From NCBI GenBank assembly GCA_965220745.1, contig CBDCQT010000011.1:288001-352000 (forward strand): DNA of 64,000 nucleotides. Reading direction: 5' to 3'. The number at the start of each line of letters is the position of its first letter. Position 1 is the first letter of the stretch. The stretch comes from Alphaproteobacteria bacterium (GTDB lineage Bacteria > Pseudomonadota > Alphaproteobacteria > UBA828). Shown in pieces: positions 54,218 through 62,629 of the stretch. Under the pieces are notes generated by a model. It worked only from the letters and a program-made list of their open reading frames with translations. It did not search any database and was not told where the DNA came from. Position numbers and translations under genes: made by a program.

Positions 54218-54626
54218 AATCGAGGATCTGGAAGCTCGTATACCGAAGGGTAAACTGGAGTATTTGCGCGAGCGGTTCCGCAACGATTTGTACGACTTTA
54301 TTCTCAGAAAGTATTTGGAGCAGAGGAAAGGGCGGAACCTTAATCAAGCTGAACTGGCGCGAAGGCTGTCCTATGATCCCGCCCGGCTCAATCGGCTGTT
54401 AGGCGCTCCCGGCAATTGGACACTAGCGACGGTGAGCGATTTGCTCGTGGGAATTGCTGGTGAGTCCTTGGACCTTCAATCGACCGCGGTTCGGGGAAAT
54501 ACTGTGCGGAATCAAAATGTGCACGACCTGCTACAGTCGGGGGCGGGTTTGACTATAGAGAGGCATGATGCCGGATCGACAGGGACAGGCAGCGTACGCA
54601 CCATTAGAACGGTGCATGTTCAATGA
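54183..54626 (+). CDS. XRE/HigA-like HTH antitoxin with long C-terminal tail
   Basis: LNQAELARRLSYDPARLNRLLGAPGNWTLATVSDL HTH; GGGAG SD 7 nt before GTG 54183; overlaps the toxin stop. Confidence 0.7.
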   Translation: MTSSQKMQFWSEIEDLEARIPKGKLEYLRERFRNDLYDFILRKYLEQRKGRNLNQAELARRLSYDPARLNRLLGAPGNWTLATVSDLLVGIAGESLDLQSTAVRGNTVRNQNVHDLLQSGAGLTIERHDAGSTGTGSVRTIRTVHVQ

Positions 54627-55045
54627 CTGAAAACGCTGTGCCGAAGGTGGAAATCCTCTCTGCCATCGTGTGCGACGATGTGCGGGAAGAGCATAACGGT
54701 AAGGAAATTCTAATTGGAGTGTATAGCGGTACAATAGCCGTTCAAGAAATTCCAAGTCCACCTTTACCATTAAGATGTTGGGTTAATCTCAGGATTCAAA
54801 GCTCGAGTAAAGTAAGGCTATACTTTAGAGCACGGGATCATGACAACAATGAGATTTTTCAGGCACAATTGAAGACAGAGACGGACGACGAGATAGGAAT
54901 GGGAAGTGTTCCTTTGGGGCCTATCATGTATACGCTTAAAGAGCCAGAGGGAAGCCTAAGGATCGACTATAAGGAGGGAGACGGCGATTGGTCCAACATT
55001 ATTACAAAGAACGCAAGGTACCAAAGCAAGCAAACGTTGGGATAG
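54623..55045 (+). CDS. DUF6941-like all-beta protein
   Basis: AIVCDDVREEHNGKEILIGVY N-terminal motif; ATGA translational coupling to the HTH gene. Confidence 0.7.
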   Translation: MTENAVPKVEILSAIVCDDVREEHNGKEILIGVYSGTIAVQEIPSPPLPLRCWVNLRIQSSSKVRLYFRARDHDNNEIFQAQLKTETDDEIGMGSVPLGPIMYTLKEPEGSLRIDYKEGDGDWSNIITKNARYQSKQTLG

Positions 55046-55117
55046 TATTCGTTGCCGACTGGGTCATCGACATCGCGTTCAGAACCCAATCCGACATCCC
55101 ACGAGGAGCACACAGAG

Positions 55118-55954
55118 ATGAAAATCGGCGCCGTCATCTTCGCCACCGACTATTGCATCGCGCTGACCGAGCTCGCGCCTGCGCTTGAGGAGCGGGGGTT
55201 CGACTCGCTCTTCGTGCCCGAGCACACCCACATCCCCGCCAGCCGACGCTCGCCCTGGCGGGGCGGGGGAGAGCTGCCGCGGGAATACTCCCACACGCTC
55301 GACCCCTTCGTGGGGCTGGCGGCAGCCGCGGCAGTCACCAGCACGCTCCGGCTCGGCACCGGCATCTGCCTGGTCACCGAGCGCGACCCCATCGTCACCG
55401 CGAAGGCGGTGGCGAGCCTCGATCTGGTCTCGGGCGGGCGCTTCGACTTCGGCATCGGCGCGGGCTGGAACGCCGAGGAGATGGAGCACCACGGCACCCG
55501 CTTCGAGACCCGTTTTCGGGTCATGGAGGACCGGGTCAAGGCGATGCAGGCACTCTGGGCTGCGGACGAGGCGAGCTACGAGGGCGAGTTCACGTCCTTC
55601 GAGCCGAGCTGGTCCTGGCCCAAGCCGGTGCAGAAGCCACATCCGCCGATCCTGCTCGGCGGAGAGTCCGTGCACACCATGCGCCGGATCATGGATTTCT
55701 GCTCGGGCTGGTTCCCGCGCGGCCCGCTTCTGCCCGATCCGGCCGAGGGCATGGGCAGGCTCCGCGCTGCCGCCGAAGAGGCCGGGCGCGATCCCGCGAC
55801 TGTCTCCGCCACGGTCTTCGGTGCCAAGCCCGAAGCCGGCTATCTGGATGCTTGTCGGGAGGCCGGGATGGACCGTGCGCTACTGATCCTGCCGCCCGAA
55901 GGGCGCGACGGGGTGATGCCGGTCATCGACCGCTACGCGGCGCTCATCGGATAA
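55118..55954 (+). CDS. LLM-class (putatively F420-dependent, Rv2161c-like) oxidoreductase
   Basis: GFDSLFVPEHTHIP, DPFVGL, GIGAGWNAEEM; GAGGAG SD. Confidence 0.88.
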   Translation: MKIGAVIFATDYCIALTELAPALEERGFDSLFVPEHTHIPASRRSPWRGGGELPREYSHTLDPFVGLAAAAAVTSTLRLGTGICLVTERDPIVTAKAVASLDLVSGGRFDFGIGAGWNAEEMEHHGTRFETRFRVMEDRVKAMQALWAADEASYEGEFTSFEPSWSWPKPVQKPHPPILLGGESVHTMRRIMDFCSGWFPRGPLLPDPAEGMGRLRAAAEEAGRDPATVSATVFGAKPEAGYLDACREAGMDRALLILPPEGRDGVMPVIDRYAALIG

Positions 55955-57428
55955 GCAGGCGCCGCCCGAGGTGGGCCGGAGTCAACGAGCGAAAAGCCTC
56001 TCTCGCAGCCTCGGCGCCGAGCGCGCCCCAAAGCGCGCCACCGAGCACGGCCCCTCCAAGCGCGCCCCATGGCTTCCGTTCCGCAAGCGGCTGCACAGCC
56101 CCGCGCCTGCCCTTGACACGGACCTTGAAGGATTCGGCCGGCGCGGGCACGGGGAACTGCGTGGTCTTCAGGTTGTAGGCGGCCCGGTCGAGGTCGAGGT
56201 CAACCTCGTGCAGGATGGTCGCCATGGTGACGGCGATCTGCACCTCGGCGAAGCCGTTGCCGAGGCAGCGATGGGGGCCGAGGCCGAAGGGCGCGTAGAC
56301 GTAGGGCTGCTTGTGCTCCGCACGCTCCGGCGTGTAGCGGTCGATGTCGAAGCGCTCGGGTTCGGGGAAGTATTCCGGCAAGTAGTGGGGAACGGCGGTG
56401 GCGATGATCAACCGCTCGCCGGCGGGAATGCGATGGCCTGCGAACTCGAACGAGTTGGCGGCGGTGCGGATGAGCATCGGGGTCACTGGATACATCCGCA
56501 TGGTTTCCATGGCCGCGCGGTGCGTCGCGTCCATCTCGCGTAGCGCCTGCTCGGCCGGCATGTCGCCGTTGAGGAGGGCGTCGGCCTCCTCCCGCACCTT
56601 CGCCAGCACGTCCGGGTTGCGCAGCAGCGCATACAGCATGAAGGCGGTGGTGCCTGCCACCGTGTCCAGCGCCGCGACGAAGGGGCCCATCGCCGCGATC
56701 TTCAGGTCCGCCTCGGGAAAGAACTTCGGGTCGGCGTCGTGCAAGTCCAGCAGGTCGTCGATCAGGTCCGGCTCCGCACCGTGCCGCTCCCGCATGGCGC
56801 CGGTGTGGCACTCGATCACCTCGTGGTAGAGCTTGTCCACGCGTGCCGAGGCGCGGCGGAAGCGCGGCGACCAGCGCATATAGGTGCCGGGGACCAGGGT
56901 GGCCGAGAGCAGCCCGTGAACGTAGCGGACCAGGTCGTCGTTGTAGGGGCGGGGCGAAACGCCGGCCACCAGGGTGCCCACCTGGTCGGTGACGATCCGC
57001 TGCAGCGCCGGCACCGCGGGCATGGACCGCGAGAGCGGCCACGTCGCGATCTCCCGGCGAGCGATGTCGACCAGGCCGTCGATGTGCTCCACGGCGTACT
57101 CGCGGGAATAGCCCCGCCGTAACGTCCGGCGAAATGCCGCGTGCTCGGGCCCGTCGGAGCTCAGCGTCGACCGCGCTGCGCCGAACCAGGCGTTGAAGCC
57201 GCTCCAGAACTCGAACGAGCGAACGTGCTTCGTGCCCTCGCGCGCGAGGAAGCGGTTGGCCTCCATCCCGGCCAGCACGGTGAAGCGACGGTTGAGCAGC
57301 CGCATACCGTAGACCGGCCCGAGTTCCAGGTAGCTGTCGGTCATGAAGGCGCGTATGTCGCGCGCCATGTCGAAGACGCTGCCAACAACCGGCAGGCCGC
57401 GCGCGAACGGTATCGTCGAGGACGCCAT
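55944..57428 (-). CDS. Cytochrome P450
   Basis: I-helix AALDT, ETMR (ExxR), PERF, heme motif FGLGPHRCLG. Confidence 0.93.
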   Translation of the reverse strand: MASSTIPFARGLPVVGSVFDMARDIRAFMTDSYLELGPVYGMRLLNRRFTVLAGMEANRFLAREGTKHVRSFEFWSGFNAWFGAARSTLSSDGPEHAAFRRTLRRGYSREYAVEHIDGLVDIARREIATWPLSRSMPAVPALQRIVTDQVGTLVAGVSPRPYNDDLVRYVHGLLSATLVPGTYMRWSPRFRRASARVDKLYHEVIECHTGAMRERHGAEPDLIDDLLDLHDADPKFFPEADLKIAAMGPFVAALDTVAGTTAFMLYALLRNPDVLAKVREEADALLNGDMPAEQALREMDATHRAAMETMRMYPVTPMLIRTAANSFEFAGHRIPAGERLIIATAVPHYLPEYFPEPERFDIDRYTPERAEHKQPYVYAPFGLGPHRCLGNGFAEVQIAVTMATILHEVDLDLDRAAYNLKTTQFPVPAPAESFKVRVKGRRGAVQPLAERKPWGALGGAVLGGALWGALGAEAAREAFRSLTPAHLGRRLLIR

Positions 57429-57699
57429 CTCCCAGCCCTCTGCGGTCGTGCCCCTGCCCCTTGTCCCGCGGGGCGGGCGGGCTACAGGGTGCCGCCGCCT
57501 GCTCCTATCATGGGGTGGGTGACGACCGAATACCAGCACTTCCGCTATGTCGGAAGGCGCGCTCCGGTGTGCCGCCGGCGGGCGAACCGAGTGGCGCGAG
57601 AACTCGGGCTATTCTGGCTTGTCGCTGCCTCTGTCCAGACTGTTCGGGGGTGCTCCGCCCGTGCTATAGGCGCGCGCCGACTTCAGGGAGAGAAATACG

Positions 57700-58038
57700 A
57701 TGGACGTGACGGTCGAGCGGCAGGAGAGCGTGTTGGTCGCCCGCGTGAACGGGCGGATCGATCCCAAAGGCGCCGGGTCGCTGGAGACGACGATCACGGC
57801 GGCGCTCCAGAATGGCGACCATGCCATCATCCTGGACTTCGAGCAGCTCACCTATATTGGCAACGTCGGCGTTCGGGCGCTGCGGATCACCGCCAGGGTC
57901 CTGCGCGACCGAGACGTCCGCATGGCCGTCTGCGCACCGCAGGGTGTCGTCGCCGCGGTCTTCTCAGGCGGCGGCGTGGACAGGCTCATCGCGGTCTACC
58001 AGACCAGGGCCGCGGCGCTCGAGGCCCTCGACGACTGA
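57700..58038 (+). CDS. STAS-domain anti-sigma factor antagonist-like protein
   Basis: VNGRID, ILDFEQLTYI, VFSGGG. Confidence 0.8.
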   Translation: MDVTVERQESVLVARVNGRIDPKGAGSLETTITAALQNGDHAIILDFEQLTYIGNVGVRALRITARVLRDRDVRMAVCAPQGVVAAVFSGGGVDRLIAVYQTRAAALEALDD

Positions 58039-58085
58039 CAAGGGGCTGCGTTCTTCGCGGCCGTCCGCCACAGCGACGGGGAGGA

Positions 58086-58101
58086 TGGCCGCCGAATTGC
58101 A
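58086..58101 (+). promoter_or_regulatory. Possible sigma54 promoter for the redox operon
   Basis: TGGCCGCCGAATTGCA fits the GG-N10-GC -24/-12 spacing. Confidence 0.3.
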
Positions 58102-58263
58102 GACCCTCTGGTATGCCACTCGCGCATATGTGACTGCCCGCGGGGTTGGCACGCGCTATGATCGTTCGTATCGTTCCGCCCCGTCCGGTTGCAGGGACCG
58201 GGCGAGGACATGAGATTTCCCACGGGGGCCCAGAGCGGTGCCCGCCCTCCCAGGGGGTAGAGA

Positions 58264-58476
58264 GTGGACGCGGCACGTATCGTCATCGAGGTCCTGCAGT
58301 ACTACGGCTATGTCGGGCTCGCCGTCACGGCCGCGTTTCTGCTCTATGGCATCGAGCGGGTGGATGAGGGCGCGCGGCGCTCCTACGCCTTCCGGCCGCT
58401 CCTGATCCCCGGCTGCATCGTGCTCTGGCCGCTGGTGATTTGCCGCTGGGTCGCGGCGGAACGGCAGCGCGGCTGA
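58264..58476 (+). CDS. Small two-TM membrane protein
   Basis: GTG start; YVGLAVTAAFLLYG and FRPLLIPGCIVLWP hydrophobic segments. Confidence 0.7.
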   Translation: MDAARIVIEVLQYYGYVGLAVTAAFLLYGIERVDEGARRSYAFRPLLIPGCIVLWPLVICRWVAAERQRG

Positions 58477-58489
58477 GCGGGCTCTCGCC

Positions 58490-58669
58490 ATGCAGCGCCG
58501 CCACCGCACCACCCACGCCTACATGTGGAAGGTGCTTGCCATCTTTTTGCCCGCGATGCTGATCGCGGCGCTCGCCATTCGCCAGCACGGGCCGATGGAG
58601 AAATCCGCCGTCCAGATCGAAAAGCCCGCGGCCGAAACCGAAGCGCCCGCCGCCACGGCGGACGAGTAA
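58490..58669 (+). CDS. Small single-TM protein, 59 aa (absent from the ORF track)
   Basis: MQRRHRTTHAYMWKVLAIFLPAMLIAALAIRQ...ADE*; fills the operon gap with 13- and 15-nt spacers. Confidence 0.7.
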   Translation: MQRRHRTTHAYMWKVLAIFLPAMLIAALAIRQHGPMEKSAVQIEKPAAETEAPAATADE

Positions 58670-58684
58670 GGGGGCGGCTGAGCG

Positions 58685-59767
58685 ATGAGCGTGCGTTACG
58701 CGCCGGTCGGCTGGAACCGCAACAAGATCATCTACGACGTCGTGGTGCTCGCCGCCGCCGTCGCCTACATCCTGCTCTACATCAAGATCGCGCCGGGCTT
58801 CCAGGACGTCACCAAGCCGACCAGCGGGGCGATCCTGCGGGCGCAGGCCTTCGGTACCTGTGCCTTCCTGATGCTCACCTTCATCCTCTGCATCGGGCCG
58901 CTCACACGCCTGGATGCGCGCTTCCTGCCGCTGCTCTACAACCGTCGCCACTTCGGCGTGATCACGTGCGCCATCGCGTTTACGCACGCCACCCACGTGG
59001 TCAGCATCTATTACTCGTTCAGCCCGCTGAACAAGTACGTCGCGGTGCTGGCGAGCAACACGAGCTACGACCGCTTCCTCGGCTTCCCGTTCGAGACCTT
59101 CGGCATCTTCGCGCTCTTCCTGTTGTTGGTGCTCGCGGCCACGAGCCACGACTTCTGGCTCAAGTTCCTGACACCGCCGATCTGGAAGGCGATCCACATC
59201 TCGGTCTACGTCGCCTATGCGGCGATCGTCTGCCATGTGGCGCTCGGCTCCCTGCAGTCGAAGCAGAGCCCGCTGCTCGCGGTCATCGTGGGCTTGAGCG
59301 TGGTGGCGGTCACCGGCCTCCACCTTGTCGCCGGGCGTATCGAGCGGCAGAAGGACCGGAATACCGCCGAGGATGCGGCCGGGAGTACCGACGAGGCGCC
59401 CTGGGTCGTCGCCGGCGACGTGGAGTCGGTGCCCGACGGCCGCGGCATCGTCGTGCCGCTGGAGGACGGCGAACGCGTTGCGGTGTTCCGTTATGGTGAC
59501 AAGCTCTCTGCGCTCGCGAATGTCTGCGCCCATCAGAACGGCCCGCTCGGCGAAGGGCGCATCATGGACGGTTGCGTGACCTGCCCGTGGCACGGTTTCC
59601 ACTACCGGCCCGAGGACGGCTGCGCGCCGCCGCCCTTCACCGAGAAGGTCGCGACCTATCGGCTCAAGCTCGATGGCCGGCGGATCCTGCTCGATCCCCG
59701 ACCAAACGAGCCCGGCACCTATGTCGAGCCCGTGCGCGTCGCTCCCCCGAGCGTGACGGAGGCGTAA
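58685..59767 (+). CDS. Ferric-reductase/MsrQ-like heme-b membrane domain fused to a Rieske [2Fe-2S] domain
   Basis: TM His residues (RRHFG, HATH, KAIH, CHV); Rieske CAHQNG...CPWHG. Confidence 0.85.
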   Translation: MSVRYAPVGWNRNKIIYDVVVLAAAVAYILLYIKIAPGFQDVTKPTSGAILRAQAFGTCAFLMLTFILCIGPLTRLDARFLPLLYNRRHFGVITCAIAFTHATHVVSIYYSFSPLNKYVAVLASNTSYDRFLGFPFETFGIFALFLLLVLAATSHDFWLKFLTPPIWKAIHISVYVAYAAIVCHVALGSLQSKQSPLLAVIVGLSVVAVTGLHLVAGRIERQKDRNTAEDAAGSTDEAPWVVAGDVESVPDGRGIVVPLEDGERVAVFRYGDKLSALANVCAHQNGPLGEGRIMDGCVTCPWHGFHYRPEDGCAPPPFTEKVATYRLKLDGRRILLDPRPNEPGTYVEPVRVAPPSVTEA

Positions 59768-59768
59768 G

Positions 59769-60557
59769 ATGGCAGGCAGGGCGCGTGATCCCGGTTTCTT
59801 CGTCGGCTACCTGAACAGCGTGCCGCGCCCGCTCGCGATCTTCCTGGTGGTCGGTGCTGCCGCGCTCGTCGGCGGCATGGCTGGGCTGGCCTTCGCGCTC
59901 GGCACCAACGTGAACGACCCCGGCGACGGCACGTTCGCCCGCAAGCTCGGCAAGCAGGAGATGACCGGGGTCCTGCTGGAGAAGCCCTATCCGATCCTGC
60001 GCGTCCGCCCGGACGCGAAAAATCCCGAAGCGCGCACGGTGATGCTCACCGTGCCCGGCAAGCGCAGTGTCAAGCGGCGCGGCCGCAAGCTCTTCGATCA
60101 GCTCGTCGACGTGAAGGGCTTCATGTTCCAGCGCGGCGACATCGACATGCTGCAGGTCCAGGGCAAGGGCGCGTTGAAGGCGGTGGAGGTCGCCGAAGGC
60201 GAGCCGCCACCCGAATTCACCCCGGCGCCCGCCGAATCCCTCGGCCGCTGGCGCCTCATCGGCGAGATCTGCGACAGCAAGTGCCATCTGGGCGCCATGC
60301 GGCCGGGCGACGGGCTCGCGCACAAGGCCTGCGCCAACCTTTGCATCTCCTCCGGCGCACCGCCGATCTTCGTCACGGCGGAGGAAGGCGCGGTCGAGGG
60401 CGAGACCTTCCTGCTGATGGCCGATCAGGACGGCGGGCCGCTCCCCGACCATTTCGGCGACTACGTGGCGATCCTCATTCAGCTCGAAGGCGAGGTCGAA
60501 CGGCTCGACGATCTGCTGGTTTTCAAGGTCGATATCGACGCGGCCAAGGTGTTCTGA
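59769..60557 (+). CDS. Membrane-anchored protein with C-x3-C...H-x2-C-x3-C motif
   Basis: N-terminal TM; GEICDSKCHLGAMRPGDGLAHKACANLCISSGAPP. Confidence 0.75.
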   Translation: MAGRARDPGFFVGYLNSVPRPLAIFLVVGAAALVGGMAGLAFALGTNVNDPGDGTFARKLGKQEMTGVLLEKPYPILRVRPDAKNPEARTVMLTVPGKRSVKRRGRKLFDQLVDVKGFMFQRGDIDMLQVQGKGALKAVEVAEGEPPPEFTPAPAESLGRWRLIGEICDSKCHLGAMRPGDGLAHKACANLCISSGAPPIFVTAEEGAVEGETFLLMADQDGGPLPDHFGDYVAILIQLEGEVERLDDLLVFKVDIDAAKVF

Positions 60558-60560
60558 GCG

Positions 60561-60812
60561 ATGAAGCGTGTCGCCTGGATCATAGCCGGCGCGATCGTGA
60601 CCGCCGGCCTCGGCTACGCCTCCTACTGGGTCTATCTGGAGGTGCAGCAGCAGGTTCGCGGCACGCTCATTTCAGGCTTCGGCATCTTCGTCGGCGTCAT
60701 GGGTGCCTTCGCCATGCTCGGCGTGGCCCACATCGTCTTCACCTACGCCGAGCGCCTGCTGTGCAAGCGCAAGACGCCCCCGGCCGAAGACAAGACTCCA
60801 GAGGGCGCGTGA
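60561..60812 (+). CDS. Small two-TM membrane protein
   Basis: Two hydrophobic segments; 3 nt from the upstream stop. Confidence 0.65.
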   Translation: MKRVAWIIAGAIVTAGLGYASYWVYLEVQQQVRGTLISGFGIFVGVMGAFAMLGVAHIVFTYAERLLCKRKTPPAEDKTPEGA

Positions 60813-60865
60813 CGATCGAATAGACGCGGCACGCGAGCCGTTCAGTGGCGGGAGGCAGGGTCCCC

Positions 60866-62476
60866 ATGAACAAGATCGCGATCAAGACGCTCGACGAGTT
60901 GGAAGACCGACAGCCGGCCTATGCGCTGGTCGGAGACATCGATCTTTGCTTGGTTCGCTACGACGACAATGTCTCGGTCTTCTACGGCCGCTGCCTGCAC
61001 CGGGGCGCGCTCATGGCCGACGGCTACGTCGACGGTGAGAACCTGATCTGCGGCGTCCACTATTGGGACTACCGCCTCGATACCGGCGTCAGCGAATACA
61101 ACAACGAAGAAATCCTGCCCAAGTTCGCCTCGTGGATCGAAGACGGCCAGGTCCTGGTCGATGCGGACGAGATCGGCGCCTGGGAGGAGGACCACCCGCA
61201 GCCCTTCAAGCGGGACGAGTACCTCGGCCTCTACGCCGACACCCACCCCGCAGCCGAGGAGCCCCACGTCGGGCTGATCCAGGGCTACGCCAGGGACGGC
61301 CTCAGCAAGACCGGCCATCACGGCGTCGTGGTGGCCATGGGCGTGCCGCGCCAGGACCTGCCGAGCTGGGACGACATTCAATTCATCACGGCGCAACTCC
61401 ACCGCATGCCGCACCTGGATGACGAGCCGGTCGGCACCGAGGTGGTGATCGGGCCCAACGCCCAAAAACCGCTCACCCTCGAGATTCCGCTCCTCGTCTC
61501 GGACATGAGTTTCGGGGCGCTGTCGGAGCCAGCCAAGGTCTCACTCGCGCGCGGCGCCGAGCTTTCCGGCACCGGCATCTGCTCGGGCGAGGGCGGCATG
61601 CTGCCGGAGGAGCAGCAGGCCTGTAGCCGTTACTTCTACGAGTATGCCTCGGGCCGCTTCGGTTTTTCGTGGGACAAGCTTGAGAACGTGCAGGCCTTCC
61701 ACTTCAAGGGCGGCCAGGGCGCCAAGACCGGCACCGGCGGTCACCTGCCGGGAAACAAGGTGAGGGGCAAGATCGCCGAGGTGCGGGGGCTGCCGGAAGG
61801 CTCGCCGGCGGTCTCGCCGCCGCGCTTCCCCGACTGGACCGACTGGCGCCAGGTGAGGGATTTCGCCGACGAGGTGCGGAGTCACACCGGCGGCATCCCG
61901 ATCGGCTACAAGCTCTCGGCCCAGCACATCGAAAAGGACATCGACGCCGCGCTTGAGGTGGGGGTCGATTACATCATCCTGGACGGCCGGGGCGGCGGCA
62001 CGGGCGCTGCGCCGCTCATCTTCCGCGACAACATCTCGGTGCCGACCATCCCGGCGCTCGCACGGGCGCGCCGCCATCTCGACGCATCGGAGCGCGAGGA
62101 CGTGACGCTGGTGATCACGGGCGGCCTGCGCAAGCCCGCCGATTTCGCCAAGGCGCTGGCGCTGGGCGCGGATGCGGTCGCGGTCTCCAACGCCGCGATC
62201 CAGGCGATCGGCTGCCTCGGCATGCGCGCCTGCCACACCAACAACTGCCCGGTCGGTATCGCGACCCAGAAGCCGAGTCTGACCGCGCGGATCGAGGTCG
62301 AGAAGTCGGCGCGGCGCCTTGCCAACTTCTTCGAGGCGAGCGTCGAGCTGATGAAGATCATGGCGCGTGCCTGTGGGCATTCGCACCTGAACCAGCTCGC
62401 GCTCGACGATCTCGAGACCTGGAAAGAGGATATGGCGCGGCTGTCGGGCGTCGCCTACGGCGGCGTCGGCGGCTGA
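60866..62476 (+). CDS. Rieske domain fused to an FMN-binding glutamate-synthase-like domain
   Basis: Rieske CLHRG...CGVHY; DMSFGALS, SGEGG, GQGAK, DGRGGGTGAAP, TGGLR; [3Fe-4S] CLGMRACHTNNCP; no amidotransferase domain. Confidence 0.88.
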   Translation: MNKIAIKTLDELEDRQPAYALVGDIDLCLVRYDDNVSVFYGRCLHRGALMADGYVDGENLICGVHYWDYRLDTGVSEYNNEEILPKFASWIEDGQVLVDADEIGAWEEDHPQPFKRDEYLGLYADTHPAAEEPHVGLIQGYARDGLSKTGHHGVVVAMGVPRQDLPSWDDIQFITAQLHRMPHLDDEPVGTEVVIGPNAQKPLTLEIPLLVSDMSFGALSEPAKVSLARGAELSGTGICSGEGGMLPEEQQACSRYFYEYASGRFGFSWDKLENVQAFHFKGGQGAKTGTGGHLPGNKVRGKIAEVRGLPEGSPAVSPPRFPDWTDWRQVRDFADEVRSHTGGIPIGYKLSAQHIEKDIDAALEVGVDYIILDGRGGGTGAAPLIFRDNISVPTIPALARARRHLDASEREDVTLVITGGLRKPADFAKALALGADAVAVSNAAIQAIGCLGMRACHTNNCPVGIATQKPSLTARIEVEKSARRLANFFEASVELMKIMARACGHSHLNQLALDDLETWKEDMARLSGVAYGGVGG

Positions 62477-62585
62477 GAGCGCGTCCGTCTTTGACGAACG
62501 CGCGACAGGCCGCGACCGCGGCCCGCCGCTTAAGCGGCGCCCTCACGGAGGCGCCGGCCGTAGGCCGGCTGCCGTGAGCGATAAA
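62476..62585 (+). repeat. 110-bp GC-rich structured intergenic repeat, copy 2
   Basis: Inverted copy of 15397-15506; also lies between convergent genes. Confidence 0.85.
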
Positions 62586-62629
62586 GTGCGAGGGCGTTTC
62601 CGTGCGAAACGGGAACGCTTTAGCGAGCG

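Larger units (their letters stand above)
53497..55091. mobile_element. Low-GC three-gene islet bracketed by 16-bp imperfect inverted repeats
   Basis: GATGGGGTTCTGGACG (53497-53512) vs reverse complement of 55076-55091, GATTGGGTTCTGAACG: 14/16 identical; abrupt GC drop; no transposase, no target duplication seen. Confidence 0.45.
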
